64,000 nt of DNA, taken from Carpediemonas membranifera BICM (Eukaryota; Protista; Fornicata). The stretch covers positions 1 to 64,000 of the forward strand of contig JAHDYR010000038.1 of the NCBI GenBank assembly GCA_019828565.1, given 5' to 3'. The notes under the pieces were generated by a model. It saw only the letters and a program-made list of their open reading frames with translations, was not told the origin of the DNA and did no database searches. A program made the position numbers and the translations under genes. Below, one piece after another: positions 11,501 to 22,200 of this stretch; positions within the stretch are counted from its first letter, which is position 1; each line of letters starts with the position of its first letter.

Positions 11501-13234
11501 GGTGCAGCAGCCGTCAATATCGACGGCACAACCATTCACTCACTATTTCAGTGGACCGAGGGCCGTTTCACAGCTCCAGTGAAGGGAACCGTTCCATGGA
11601 TACTACTTAATAACGCCACTACGATCACAATAGACGAGGCGTTCACACTGTCCGCGGCTGATATTCAGGATCTCAACGATGCGCTATGCATTGCACGGAG
11701 AAACCAAGACCCATTCGGAGGAGTGAACCTCATACTCGTCGGGGACCCATATCAGCTCCCACCGGTCAACTCCCGCAGTTTCAGCAGCTATAAGAGCGCA
11801 TACCACTTCGGCTGGAGCAACTATAAGTACAGCGCCGTCATCCTATCGAACGTCCACCGCCAAGCTTCCGACCCGGCGTTCACGTACGCACTGAACGGAC
11901 TACAGAGAGGCGACATGTCCGCCAAACACGTCACGTTGTTCGCTGGCCGTGCGACGATCGACCGTTTCGACGCACTCATTCATGCAGCACTGGACGGCGC
12001 CACCATCATCTGCGGCACTCGATCCCGACAAGCGTTCCTGAACGACCAGTGTGTCCAGGCTCTCGCTCACTATGGGGGCAGAGACATGCGCGTGTACAAG
12101 AACGTCGTTCTGTTACCACTATCAATCGAAGACAGACCAATCGACGTCATTCCAGGTACCCCCGAACAGTTTACATATGACGCTGCCACTGAGCTTGCCG
12201 TGACAGAGCACATATACGACTTTGAGACCCGCCTCGTCGACACAAAGCTCTGTATTGGGGCGAGAGTAATGCTGACATCGAACGACTACTACGACAAGGG
12301 AGTCGCGAACGGATCTATCGGCACGGTCACCGCAATGGGTGCAAGGTCCGTCACCGTCGTGTTCAACCCAGAAAGTGAATCACGTCGCCGAGCACTCATC
12401 ATCCGTGATAGAACCGTCCCAGTCGGTCCAGCAATCCACAAGTACCTCCCTCTACGGTCTGCATACGCAATCACTGTCCACAAGACTCAAGGGAGAACGA
12501 TCAAGAACATCGTTGTCGATTTGTCGAACGACATATCACCCAGCGACTCCCCGTTCTGGGAGGCGGGTCAGCTATACTCAGCAATTTCGAGAGCGCCATC
12601 GTCGGATGACGTCAGGTTATACGGCCTTCTCCGTATGTCAGAGATCATACCGACACAGATATCCGTGCGCAAAGCGTGCGACCTTTACATTGAGAAGCTC
12701 CACACTCAGCGGGTGATCCTTAACCCATTGACAAACAAGCGAGGAAAGAGCAAGTTCACCTCAGTCGGCCAACCAAATCCACAGGTGTCCCTTGAGACGT
12801 TCAAGTCCCGTTGTAACTTTGTTGCGCGCACCGAAGTCGACCACATCGACATCCGGTCCTATGCCACCAGGGCAGACGCGCGCCTGAAAGCGAGCCCGAT
12901 CATTCCGCCAGATGTCAAGATCACAGACTTCGTTGAGCTTAAGCTTCTCATGGACGGGTCTAACGCTATGCAGGACGAAATGTCCCTCCCAGACGGCACT
13001 AAGGGCATCAGACCGAAGTCTCGCACTTTCGTTAACGGACGAGAAGAAAACACGAAGGCACCATGGTATGTTTCCACCACTGACGACAGGTACAGGATCA
13101 TCGGCGAGACTGTCAGCGACTCATTGCCGATAGAGCCGCCGCAAGCACGATTCATGTGGGTTGATAGCGAGTCGGAACCCGAGTCGCCCACCCAAGACGT
13201 CACAGCTTCACTGATTGTCCCAACCAGCCCCTGA
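8522..13234 (+). CDS. Helitron RepHel protein B (Zn finger, HUH Y2 Rep, Pif1 helicase)
   Basis: First ATG at 8522 (MPDYD). Motifs CAVC...CKQCPC, HFFWTFT, EEQENSMLHIH, YLTKYITK, GRAGTGKS, DEAF, GDPYQLPPV, TVHKTQG, GQLYSAISRA. Confidence 0.92.
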   Translation: MPDYDIINSTDLGIPIDAGGSDGWSSDELTPSSDLSDISDLIDDDFVPSDDDLAIYRVIDRDYAPPERPRLIRPPSPPPASEIDLFEVSLTPIRPKVLERTICAVCKHIRLPGCKQCPCPADDGGRLTDLQDELSSMLTRSIGAFDAETAQHIKALSHREFRALNHALALATTWTSVQASKGLFVVFKGVTTAFGKTDQYAQTICGDSIATVPQRALDLTREWLTANSATFRAMRSTIQEATNDGIEGQISFSFTNQRDQGNHIAFTPNAAMSNVANADAVATWLDEDNVRRTKYVQFESDIAAFATFPLLFPDGRGFSDQYRARYKHLKTWVRHTINAAQTSFVRTNPATATFLSLAHTSYERITARRYTGIVDEAQTEAANNGVLSVNANGNTHSIAPPTLQLSLGHMHAIEDHLKAMLARYGCPHFFWTFTIDPDSVIQCLHEMAADPSDPLPPPLFERRHTPRHAPVDAAHVCLEYFTTIFEELKSKLTGTTENPGDFPICEFATRIEEQENSMLHIHTVTWHKGIGQKLPTGDIFTERLAKAVDAIVSTDSSVMSPKSTFYQTHRCNEHCKRRGTQCKQGYPAPACNISHINQNGEFLAKRTQSDAFITPFCPLIAENILGSMHVTPVTSAEVIMYLTKYITKPPAEVIEEVSARDTRDIEPHHLIFQQRRRIIGPPMLAILLEGTSIFSASTPHEKIDTDVLPEKRIYGPRNRCTTNKVGEWTKYYNRPVELEHLTYVQFRTFYDTRSKKASEISKFKDEEQIRYSGADGTKYFWRIWKRRRPVTACIPMTIPSDGDRHYFNLLALHKPWRSDEEMRSIGTTRCSYSEKCFDLGLIDDDELDDDQAFDIAWHLHFNTNLDNHGYMAIVRAALEKNGAETTMQMINAVQDVSRKYMLMKHVLNNTKQAYVTNHDVIARWEAPRKLDTSINLDSNQATILNHYVSKLRSKTQTILLLMGRAGTGKSVVLRHIAKHTSDQGLLVLVTAATGAAAVNIDGTTIHSLFQWTEGRFTAPVKGTVPWILLNNATTITIDEAFTLSAADIQDLNDALCIARRNQDPFGGVNLILVGDPYQLPPVNSRSFSSYKSAYHFGWSNYKYSAVILSNVHRQASDPAFTYALNGLQRGDMSAKHVTLFAGRATIDRFDALIHAALDGATIICGTRSRQAFLNDQCVQALAHYGGRDMRVYKNVVLLPLSIEDRPIDVIPGTPEQFTYDAATELAVTEHIYDFETRLVDTKLCIGARVMLTSNDYYDKGVANGSIGTVTAMGARSVTVVFNPESESRRRALIIRDRTVPVGPAIHKYLPLRSAYAITVHKTQGRTIKNIVVDLSNDISPSDSPFWEAGQLYSAISRAPSSDDVRLYGLLRMSEIIPTQISVRKACDLYIEKLHTQRVILNPLTNKRGKSKFTSVGQPNPQVSLETFKSRCNFVARTEVDHIDIRSYATRADARLKASPIIPPDVKITDFVELKLLMDGSNAMQDEMSLPDGTKGIRPKSRTFVNGREENTKAPWYVSTTDDRYRIIGETVSDSLPIEPPQARFMWVDSESEPESPTQDVTASLIVPTSP

Positions 13235-14297
13235 CACGCCCGAGCCAGAGCATCATTCACAGACAACTGCCCCACAAGATAAGCTTCTGCAACCCACCTC
13301 CACATGTGGGCGAAGATCTACAAGGCGGACAATCATCGACGACGACGAGGAGGAATTCGCAGAACCAGCAAAGCTGTCATACAAGCAACCGAGTAAGCGA
13401 TCATCTACACGCTCTGGGACACGTTGGTCTAACCGACTAGTCACCGACGAGTCAGGAACGCGAGACATTGTCCCATGGAACATGAGGATCATTGAGTCAG
13501 CCCCAGACGGCGACTGTGCCATCCACTCGGTCAAGCAAGTATCAAAGGCATGGGGAAGTCTCTCCACTTCCCTCGTCCGTCTGCTAGTTGCGAGATTAAT
13601 CGAGGAGAATCCTCATATGTGTCCACGTGCGTGGAACAAGGCCGATAGAGACGATATGCTCGCTCGTGCACGCGACGGTAGGTTTCTGAACGATGGAATC
13701 GTCTGGCGCGCACTGATGCACGAGATGACCGAGGAATCGTCGTCCAGATTATATCAGTACACTCCAGTACTGGACGACGATCACGGTCCGAAGGCGCTAT
13801 CAGTGACTGAGTACACATTTGAGAGACAAGGTCCGCTAAGAATCTCGAACACCGGCGTTGTGACCGGAGTATTCGCTCCGGGTACATATTTCCGAAGCCA
13901 ACACTACGACTTCTGCAGGCCCATCCGCGACCAAGGTCGACAGGCATTTAGAGAGAATGACCCCATCAGAGCGATTGAGATAGATGCGCCGCCACCAGCC
14001 CAGCCAAGAAGGTCTTCTCGCACAAGCAAGCAGGTCACCAAACCCATGGAACCCCCACCAAAGCCGCGCAGAGGACGCCCACGGAAGGCACCCGCATCGC
14101 CAGTTGAAGTCGACCCAGCATTGGACTCGGATACCGCATGGAGCACGCGTAGAAGAGGTAAGAAGAAGAAGCCAGCAACCAAGACGCCACCCAAACACAA
14201 TACACCGACGGCTGAAAAGTCGTTTGACGCTCGACGCCCTCACAAGGACTCCCCACCGAACAAGTCAACACGGACCAAGCGTGCGAAATCGGATTAA
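13215..14297 (+). CDS. OTU-like cysteine protease + AT-hook; probably the frameshifted C-terminus of RepHel B
   Basis: Motifs SAPDGDCAIHS...QHYDF and PRRGRPRK. Homologous to 4067-5437. Junction falls at a C run (~13228-13231). Confidence 0.7.
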   Translation: MSQPAPDTPEPEHHSQTTAPQDKLLQPTSTCGRRSTRRTIIDDDEEEFAEPAKLSYKQPSKRSSTRSGTRWSNRLVTDESGTRDIVPWNMRIIESAPDGDCAIHSVKQVSKAWGSLSTSLVRLLVARLIEENPHMCPRAWNKADRDDMLARARDGRFLNDGIVWRALMHEMTEESSSRLYQYTPVLDDDHGPKALSVTEYTFERQGPLRISNTGVVTGVFAPGTYFRSQHYDFCRPIRDQGRQAFRENDPIRAIEIDAPPPAQPRRSSRTSKQVTKPMEPPPKPRRGRPRKAPASPVEVDPALDSDTAWSTRRRGKKKKPATKTPPKHNTPTAEKSFDARRPHKDSPPNKSTRTKRAKSD

Positions 14298-14351
14298 TGT
14301 TAAATACATACGGTTCAAGTAAAGCTCTGCGAATGCGATCACACGCCTATA

Positions 14352-14717
14352 ATGGAACAAAGTGTCCAGCATTGCAAACGACATCATACGCAACTTTCTC
14401 CACTCGATTCGAGAAGCACAAATACGATGGGACAGCATCAGCCTATCGCAAAACGGCCTCGTGGCCGTCCTAAAAAGCAAGCATTACCTGAAATCCCACC
14501 TGATGTTGGAACACAAACAGTTCCGACAGAACACGTTCCAATACGAGAAAGACGGCGCACATTGGCCACGAAATATAACAAGATCACGCTTATCCCCGAC
14601 ACTTCCTCAAGCGCTTTCAAGCCACCAACCACGATCATCCCGAAGCCCCCCAAACCAACGCCACGCAAGGAAACCGACTCGGAGCCCGTCGAACTGAGCA
14701 TAAAACTCGAGCAATAG
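14352..14717 (+). CDS. Small basic/proline-rich ORF with AT-hook
   Basis: KRPRGRPKK; stops 57 bp before the conserved 3' block. Confidence 0.35.
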   Translation: MEQSVQHCKRHHTQLSPLDSRSTNTMGQHQPIAKRPRGRPKKQALPEIPPDVGTQTVPTEHVPIRERRRTLATKYNKITLIPDTSSSAFKPPTTIIPKPPKPTPRKETDSEPVELSIKLEQ

Positions 14718-14773
14718 AACGCAGCCAATCGCCGCCCTTAATCGCCGCACGTAATCGCGCCTCCTTATCATTT

Positions 14774-14917
14774 CGGGGGGGCTCCGGTCGCTCCTCCGGC
14801 TTCGTTCGGCTTCGCTTCGCTCCGGGCGCTCGTCGCTACGCTCCTCCCGCCCTCCGCTACGCTACGCCTCTCTACGCCTCCGTCACTCTCTCTGCCCCCC
14901 TGCGACCCCCCGCGGAC
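14774..14917. repeat. Conserved GC-rich structured 3' block of Helitron B
   Basis: Near-identical to 5472-5613. Confidence 0.9.
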
Positions 14918-15966
14918 CTCCCAGCCACACACAACCAGTCACTCACCTTCAAAGCAGCATAAATACTCACCGTCGTCTCATTTCGTCATCGCACTTTATG
15001 GCTTCCCATGCAGAACTCACAATGCATCATCTGACCAAGCATAGTATGACGCCATAACGCGTTCCAGTATCACAACGTAGCATTTCGTGATCATGACGTT
15101 CATTTCAGATGAAGTCGTCATTTTTCAGAATTGCACTATCGATTACTCGATGGCCATAACTCGGATCGAAAAACGAAATAGCAAACCTTCATCTACATCT
15201 AAAACTACGTCGTTCTATACCTACACATTCTTTCCATCATTCGTTTGAGAGGGTTTTTTTTGGTGTCAAAAAATCTTGTATTTAGCGAAAAATTAGTAGC
15301 TGCCTCGACCGCACCCTATGCCACTAAGAAGCGTGGCCAGTTGCTAAGAGAACGCATGGCCCAGTCCCGAGTTCTGCGCCCCCGACCATGAGCTTCCCGA
15401 CACCCACACCCAACCCGTCGTTAATTAATTTTCGCCATCAACCCCCGCCATCAAGCCCACATAGGTTGGTGCATGCGTGTATGAGCCGGCTTGCGCTAGT
15501 CTCCTCCACGTCGTCTGGTCGGGTCCCCCCCGGAGTATGACTCTTACCGACTGTCATAAATAACGGAGATTTAAGAATTATAAAAAGTTAGCTCGGAATT
15601 GATATGTCGAAGGGTAGGGACATATCGTGGTGTATTTGCGTGGCTCTGCGTACTCTCCTCGTCGCGTGAGTCGCCCAAGGAGGTCGGGCAGACCCCCCAA
15701 AACGGCTACTCAGAACTTTACGACGAATAGAGATAGCCCAGGTCTGACAAATGACTCCGGGGGGTATTCTGGGGTAAGTAAGGAGAATCTGGAATTACAT
15801 CTGATATCCACTAAATATTCGGCGAGATATGAAGGTCGAGTCGAAATGTTCACTTGCTGTATAGTTAATTACCTTACCTTACCTTACGCTAATCCGTCGG
15901 CCCAGGCTACACCGACGGGCGGCGAGCCGGGTCATCCCAGAGGACGTCCGTGACATCCTCACCACG

Positions 15967-17741
15967 GTGGCGGACGCTGTCGTTGACCCGTCTAAGGTCC
16001 CTCCCCCGGCCCCGAACGTGGCCACCAGCGCCAAGGCTGTGGCGAGGCGAGTCCGCACACGCGACACGGTGGCGGAGTTCTCCGCTGGCCAGGCCATGGT
16101 GGGCCGCGCAGATGCTCTCACACTGCTAGGTTTCCCACAGGGCTGGGTCGAGCGGATCGAAGCGGAGGGGGGCCTTCCCCTCAATACCCCCACCCCCCCA
16201 CCAGCTCCTCCCTTACCGGCGACTCCTCGGGATCCCGATCGACCGAGAGTGGCCGCCCTCAACGCGGAGCTCCTCCAGCAGGGTGCGGCTTCGCTGCGTG
16301 AGGTGCCAAAGGGTCACCTGGTCAAGCTCTTCCCGGTGGCCAAGTCCTCGGGAAAGGACCGCGCGGTGCCGACTTCACCGAGGCAAACCTCCACATGCCT
16401 CTGGAGCCGTTCGCCTATGAACGCTTTCCAGCTCTGCTGGCGGCTTCATATTCGTGGGGCGCCACGGTGGACGCGAAGTCTGGCTACTTCCAGCTGCCGA
16501 TTGCCCTGCGGGACCGGGACTTTGTCTACTGGTTGGCGACCAACGCGGAGGGTGAGACGGTTCACTTGGGCCTGGACGTCCTCGCCATGGGGCTGACCTC
16601 CGCTACGAAGGAATATAGCCGCATCTCCCACTACCTGGCCGGGGCCATGAGGCGCCTCGGCTTCCCAGCGGCCCCCTACTTAGACGACGGCGCTTGCCTG
16701 GGCAGGACGAAGGCAGAGGCGGCCCTATGCGTGGCGGTGTGGGTGTCCCTCCTGGAGGCGGTCGGCATATTCGTGTCTTGGGACAAGTCTGACCTTACCC
16801 CCTCTCGGTCGATCGTCTTCCGTGGTCTCCTGCTGGATCTCCAACAGCACCAGGTGCGACTGCCGGAGGACAAGTGCCACGACATCAGCGGAGCCCTCAG
16901 CCAGTGGGCGCAGACGGGCGCTACCAGCACCAGGAGGGCCCTATCATACGTGGGCAAGGTCGAGTTTGCGTACAACGCGGTTGTGCAGGCTCGTTGGCTC
17001 ATAAGCAAGGCGCGCCGTAATGTGCTGGCGACCGAGAAGGCCGGCCGGGACACCGTCCACTTCACCACCGAGGCCAGGCAGGACCTCAGGCGGCTGGCGG
17101 CGTTCGTGAAGGCGAACCGGGGTCGCCCAATGGTGGCGAGACCAACGTCACTCACGATTGTCACCGACGCCTGCACGACGGGTATGGGAGCAGCAACGCT
17201 CGATGAGAACGGCGACGTGGTCGGTACAATTGCTGAGGACATTCTCCCGGATGAACTCATTGCCCAGAGTGAAATCCGGGCCGTGCACACCGCTCTCCAG
17301 ACGTTTGATCCCCCAAGGTCGACATCGGTCGTCATCCTGACGGATAACGCGGTAACGTACTCCGTCCTGCGGAACTTCAAATGCGCACCCTCGGTGGCGG
17401 AGATGAGCTCACCAATATTCGATCTAGTCACAGATCGGGACTGGGATGTGTTACCCCTATACATCCAGACCGACCTGAATACGGTCGCGGATGAGCTCTC
17501 GCGCGACACGTCAATCCAGGGTCACCTCCTGGAGGGAGTGAGAGCGTGGGTGCCGAGGAGTGCGGAGTCGCTCCAGATTGATCACCGGACTCCATTCTCA
17601 TTCTCTGATCCGTTCGCCACCCCCGTCTTCGACCGCCCAGAGGTTGCGGACAGAGGCCCAAAACCATGGGCTGGTTGGTCCAGAAAGCTCCTGATGGGCT
17701 GGACGGGCTGCCTCCCTCCACGACGTGGAGTGCCCGAGTGA
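15967..17741 (+). pseudogene. DIRS-type reverse transcriptase-RNase H (frameshift ~16365)
   Basis: LFPVAKSSGKDRAV/ADF, DAKSGYFQLP, LAMGL, YLDD; RNase H TDAC, SEIRAV, TDN, NTVADELSR. Confidence 0.9.
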
Positions 17742-19164
17742 TCCCAGGGCTCTTTCAGACGAGGGCGACAGGGCGGAGGACGATGTCGTCGTCCGCGCAT
17801 ACGCCGGGCTGGCTGATCAGGCACAGGCCAGAGCGCCCATCGCGGTGGTCACCGTCCCGGGTCTGGGTAAGAAGGGTATCCCCAACGGTTCCGTCGATGA
17901 CCAGGTCCACCACTGGCTGGCGTCCCCAGGCCCGATGAGGCCCAAGTCGATCACTTTCAGCATGCCCACTACGACATCATACCTGCCGGTCTGGTGGCCG
18001 CTGCTCCGGGACCTACAGGTGACGGTTGACGGAGACCGAGTCACCCTCCATTCCCCTACGCCAGAGAGTGACACGCTGATTGCTCGATCCCTTGTCCAAG
18101 AGGCGGCCGCGACTCGTCAGACACAGGACATCACCAGCCTGCCGGCACTTGTAGGCGAGCAGGGGGCGCAGGAGGCCGACACCAGGAACTCTGTTCGGTC
18201 GGCCCTCGAAGTTCTTCGGAATGGTAGAGCCGCGGGCGCGTCCCAGGTCGAGCGCTTGGCCGCAGAAGCTGTGGAGCAGACACTCTCCAGCCGGAAGGAG
18301 GCGATCACAACGGCCTGGAACAAGTGGTACGCCTTCTGTATCGCGATGTCTCACCCTGCCACAGTGTTCGACCAGACAGCAGCAATCGCCTTCCACCGCT
18401 GGGTGACACGAGACTGCCCGACACGGCGAGTCAATAGCGCCACGGCGAAGACATACGCAGGAACCCTGTCATCTCTACTCTGCACCGACCGGGAGGCCCT
18501 GGCGAACAATGTCACGAGAGCGGTGATTCGCAACTTTCATCGTGAGGCCAATAGGATGGCGGCTACGGCCAAGCGACACGCGGTGCCGGTGAGTGGGCAG
18601 CAGCTGACGTTCTTGTGCACGGAGCTGGCGAATGCTTCCGCCATGAACGCAAGAGTACGCGCCATGGGTGTTGTGCTGCTTTGCTTCCTCACTGGTGCAC
18701 GGGCCAACGAAGCTAACGTGACGTTCAGGCAGATTTCCACACTGGCACGAGAAGAAGTCATCTCCATCAAGATACACCAGTACAAGACAGACGGATCCGC
18801 AAACGCAAGACCTGGCAACCCGGCACCACTTGCTGTTCGCCCAGTGGACATCTATCTGAGGACATATCCTCAATTGGTGAAGACTGCTTTCACCAACCTC
18901 CTCAGACGCTCAGTGGAGCACTATTCCGCGATCGGACAACCAGCTTGCGCTGTTACACCAGTTTTCCCTTTCCTTCCCGGAAGATTCACGCCCATTCGGT
19001 CATCGCTTTATCGCTCCCACGATCACGACTGAACTGAGTCGAATCCCCGAACTCGCCGGCCTGACGGGACACAGCGGCAGGATCGGACAGGTTGCCTGTC
19101 AACTCTCGCAGGCGAGAACCACAGCCGAGATTAACGAGTGGTTTGGCTGGCTAGGACATGATAC
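17725..19164 (+). pseudogene. Tyrosine recombinase, 5' part (with a degenerate MT-like N-terminal segment)
   Basis: WWPLL (DIRS MT-like) and LTGARANE (catalytic R). After a frameshift at ~18970-19020: LTGHSGRIG (HxxR) and EWFGWLGHD. Confidence 0.85.
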
Positions 19165-19283
19165 TGTGCTTGGTTTGGCCTTGAATGGAACTTTCCAATT
19201 AATGGATGAGAACTGATTTACTCCTGGAAACCGCAGTGGTGAAAATGGTCAAAAACCAAAACCTTAAACTGCGCCTCACCACA
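19165..19283 (-). repeat. 3' LTR
   Basis: TGTGCTTGG...CTCACCACA; matches 23108-23226. Confidence 0.96.
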
Positions 19284-19295
19284 CTACCCTCTCTA

Positions 19296-22200
19296 TTACA
19301 GCTGAATGCCGGTCTTCGACAAGTACCGGTCGAGGGCTTCGAGGTCACGGACCTCGGCATAGGGAAGCCAGGTGTCGTCATCGGGACCGTAGCCGGCCCA
19401 GCGGACACGGAAACGGAAACGGGTCTTGGTACGACCAGAGCGGTGGTCGATGATGTCTTCGACGGTGTATTCTTGCTCACCGGCGGCAGCGAAGGCGGTG
19501 AGGTCGTCGGGGGTGTAGTCGCCGAGGAAGGGAACGAGGCGGCGGAGATCATACGTCTCTTCGGCACGAGTTCGAAGATTCGTGAGGGTGGCGAGTGTGC
19601 CGTCGAGGGAGGCTACGGTGTAGGGGCCCATATAGATGGGGCTCAGACGAGAGGGGCCACGGGCATTGTCGGGCCTGGTGACCACAACAGCTTGGCCGAC
19701 AGTGAAAGTGGTCTGGGTGACCGGACGTGGCTTAGGAACTGGCACGGCCTTGACAAGCTGTCTCTGTGCCTCAAGCAGGTTGTCGTAGTACAATGCGACG
19801 TCGCCCACCCCCTCCACCGGGTTGTGTAGCAGTACTCGGTCCGTGTCGGTGAGGTTACCGAACATGATGTTGGCCGGGGGTATGTTGCCGGTGGCTGCAC
19901 ACGGCGTGCAGTTCAGAGTGCGCTGTACAAGCGGGAGACAGGCAACCCAGTCGGCTAAATCATCGGTCAGCTCGTTCATGGCGGCGCGGAGGTGGCGGTT
20001 CACTTCCTTGTTGCGGCGCTCGATGATGCCGTTATACTGGTGATGGTACGGGAGCGTAAAGTCGTGCTGAATGTTCAGGATGCGCGAGAGCTGAGCAAAC
20101 AGGTGGGCGGTAAAGTGGGGGCCCTGATCAGAGCGAATGTGTGCCGGGCATCCGTAGCGGCCCACCAGTTGCATGATGGCCGTGACCGCTGACTGCGCGG
20201 TGCAATCGGGCGTGGGAACTAGCTCCACGAACCGGGAGAAGCAGTCAACGGCGGCTAGGATGTGACGGAAACCGTGTTCTTCCGGGAACGGGCCAATAAA
20301 GTCCACGGCCCAGGTGTGCATGGGGTACGGTGCCATTGTGGGCTGGCGAGGGAGGTCTACACTGACCTTGGCGCGCTGTCGCGTGAGCTGGCACACCGGG
20401 CATGTACGGACTAGGGGCTTGACGTGTTTCTCGATCGCCTTGCGGGCAAACGAAGGTAGCTGGGCGGCGATCCGATCCGTCGTGATGCGGGTGCCCATGT
20501 GTCCAACACGGGCGTTGTGGCACTTGCCAAAAAGCTGCCGTACCTGGTGGGTAATGTCCACCGGGGATGCCACGCGCTGTGAGCGAATCGTCAGGCATCT
20601 GGAAAGGCAATCGGCCACCTCGTTGTTGACTCCGGCGATGTGACGGACCGTGAAGTCGTATTCGGAGAGGCGAAGGCGCCAGCGGACGAGCTTAGGCGTA
20701 GTGGTGGACTCAAGATAGGTCAAATTCCGATGGTCCGTCTCGACAACGAAGGGGTGCCCTAGGATGAAATGCTCGAAGCTGATGATGGCATGGAACACGC
20801 CAAAGAGCTCCTGTTCGATGGTGCTCCAGCGTTGCTCGGCCTCAGTGAAACGGTGGGAGGTGTAGGCGATGACTTGTTCCTCACCGTCCTTCTCCTGCAG
20901 GAGAACACCGCCGCAACCGGCGGTGGAGGCGTCGGTACGCACGATGAGCGTCCGGGAGTAGTCGGGGTACGCGAGGATCGGTCGGCGCATGATGAGGCGC
21001 TTCACTTCCTCGAAGGCCTGCTGTTGGGCTTTGCCCCAGACGAACGGCACTTTTGCCTTGGTGAGGTCGACGATGGGCGCCAGGACCGATGCGTAGTTCG
21101 GAATAAATTCCCGCAGGTAGTTAGTCATACCCGTGAATGAGCGCACCGCCGCGACCGACGAAGGGGGCTTCATCGCGACGATAGCAGCGACGCGCTCCGG
21201 TGATGTGCGGATGCCTTTCTTCGAGATGAGGTGTCCCACGTACTCTACCTCGGTCTTCGCGAACTGGCACTTGTCACGACCCAGACGGAACTGGTGTTGC
21301 TGGAGGCGGTCGAATACGGCGCGCGTGTTGCGATCCAGCTCTTCCTGGGTGTCCCCATGGATGATCACGTCGTCTAGGTATACCTCACAGATGCGACCGA
21401 CGAGTCCGTTGAGCACAGACATCATCATACGTTGGAAAAAGGAAGGGGCACAACGTAGACCGAAAGGGAGACGGCAGAACTCAAACAGGCCAGCGGGCGT
21501 CGCGAATGCCGTGAGAGGACGGGAGGCCGGGTCCACCGGAACCTGGTGATATCCGCTGACCAGGTCAATCGTCGTGTAGTAGTTATGGCCGGCGAGCCTA
21601 CGATGCAGCTCAGCCGGGTTGCTTAGCGGGTACTGCAGGGGGACCGTTTTCTCGTTCAGGCGCCGGTAGTCAATTACCATGCGACGCTTGCCCCCGCGCT
21701 TCGGCACTGTGAAGGCGGGGGAGGCGAAAGGCGAGGTCGAGGGTTGGATAATGCCTCTGGCGAGGAGCCCATCTACCTCTGCCTTGACGGCCTCAGCTAG
21801 GGCGGGCGACATACGGCGCGGTGGAAACGGGGCGACGTCGGTGTCGGATAGGTCAATGTGGAAAGGCTCAACACCGATGACACCAGGCAGTTCAGAAGCG
21901 AACAGGTCCGGGTAGTCCTGGATCAGCGGATGAGCGATCTCGGCTGGTGCACGATCGTCAGGCAGGGGCACCGGGGTGGCCTCAACGAACTCTGCCTCGG
22001 CGCGCGGGGCGAGCAGGTCGGGCAACAAACCCACGGCGCGTATCGTGGGCACGCCGATGATTAGCTCTCCGGCGGAAGGGAGGACGAAGAACTCCGCCGT
22101 GACCTCCACTGGACGCTCGAGCTGCAGTGTGATAGTCACGGGACGGGTCGTATACTCCGCGGTAATAGTGCCGTTGGCCGTCTCGAGCGGGACGTGGGCC

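Larger units (their letters stand above)
6427..14917 (+). mobile_element. Helitron-like rolling-circle transposon, copy B (5' boundary uncertain, probably within 5614-6427)
   Basis: Tandem repeats, then the RepHel ORF, an OTU-like ORF and the shared 3' block. Confidence 0.85.

Noticed and set aside
15640-15700. HDV-like ribozyme (TCCTCGT loop)
   Set aside because: P3 and P1/P2 pairings could not be completed; kept only as generic structure.
19206-19829. 207-aa plus-strand ORF and other ORFs antisense to gypsy pol, DIRS and AK9
   Set aside because: Antisense shadows of well-supported genes, with no motifs.
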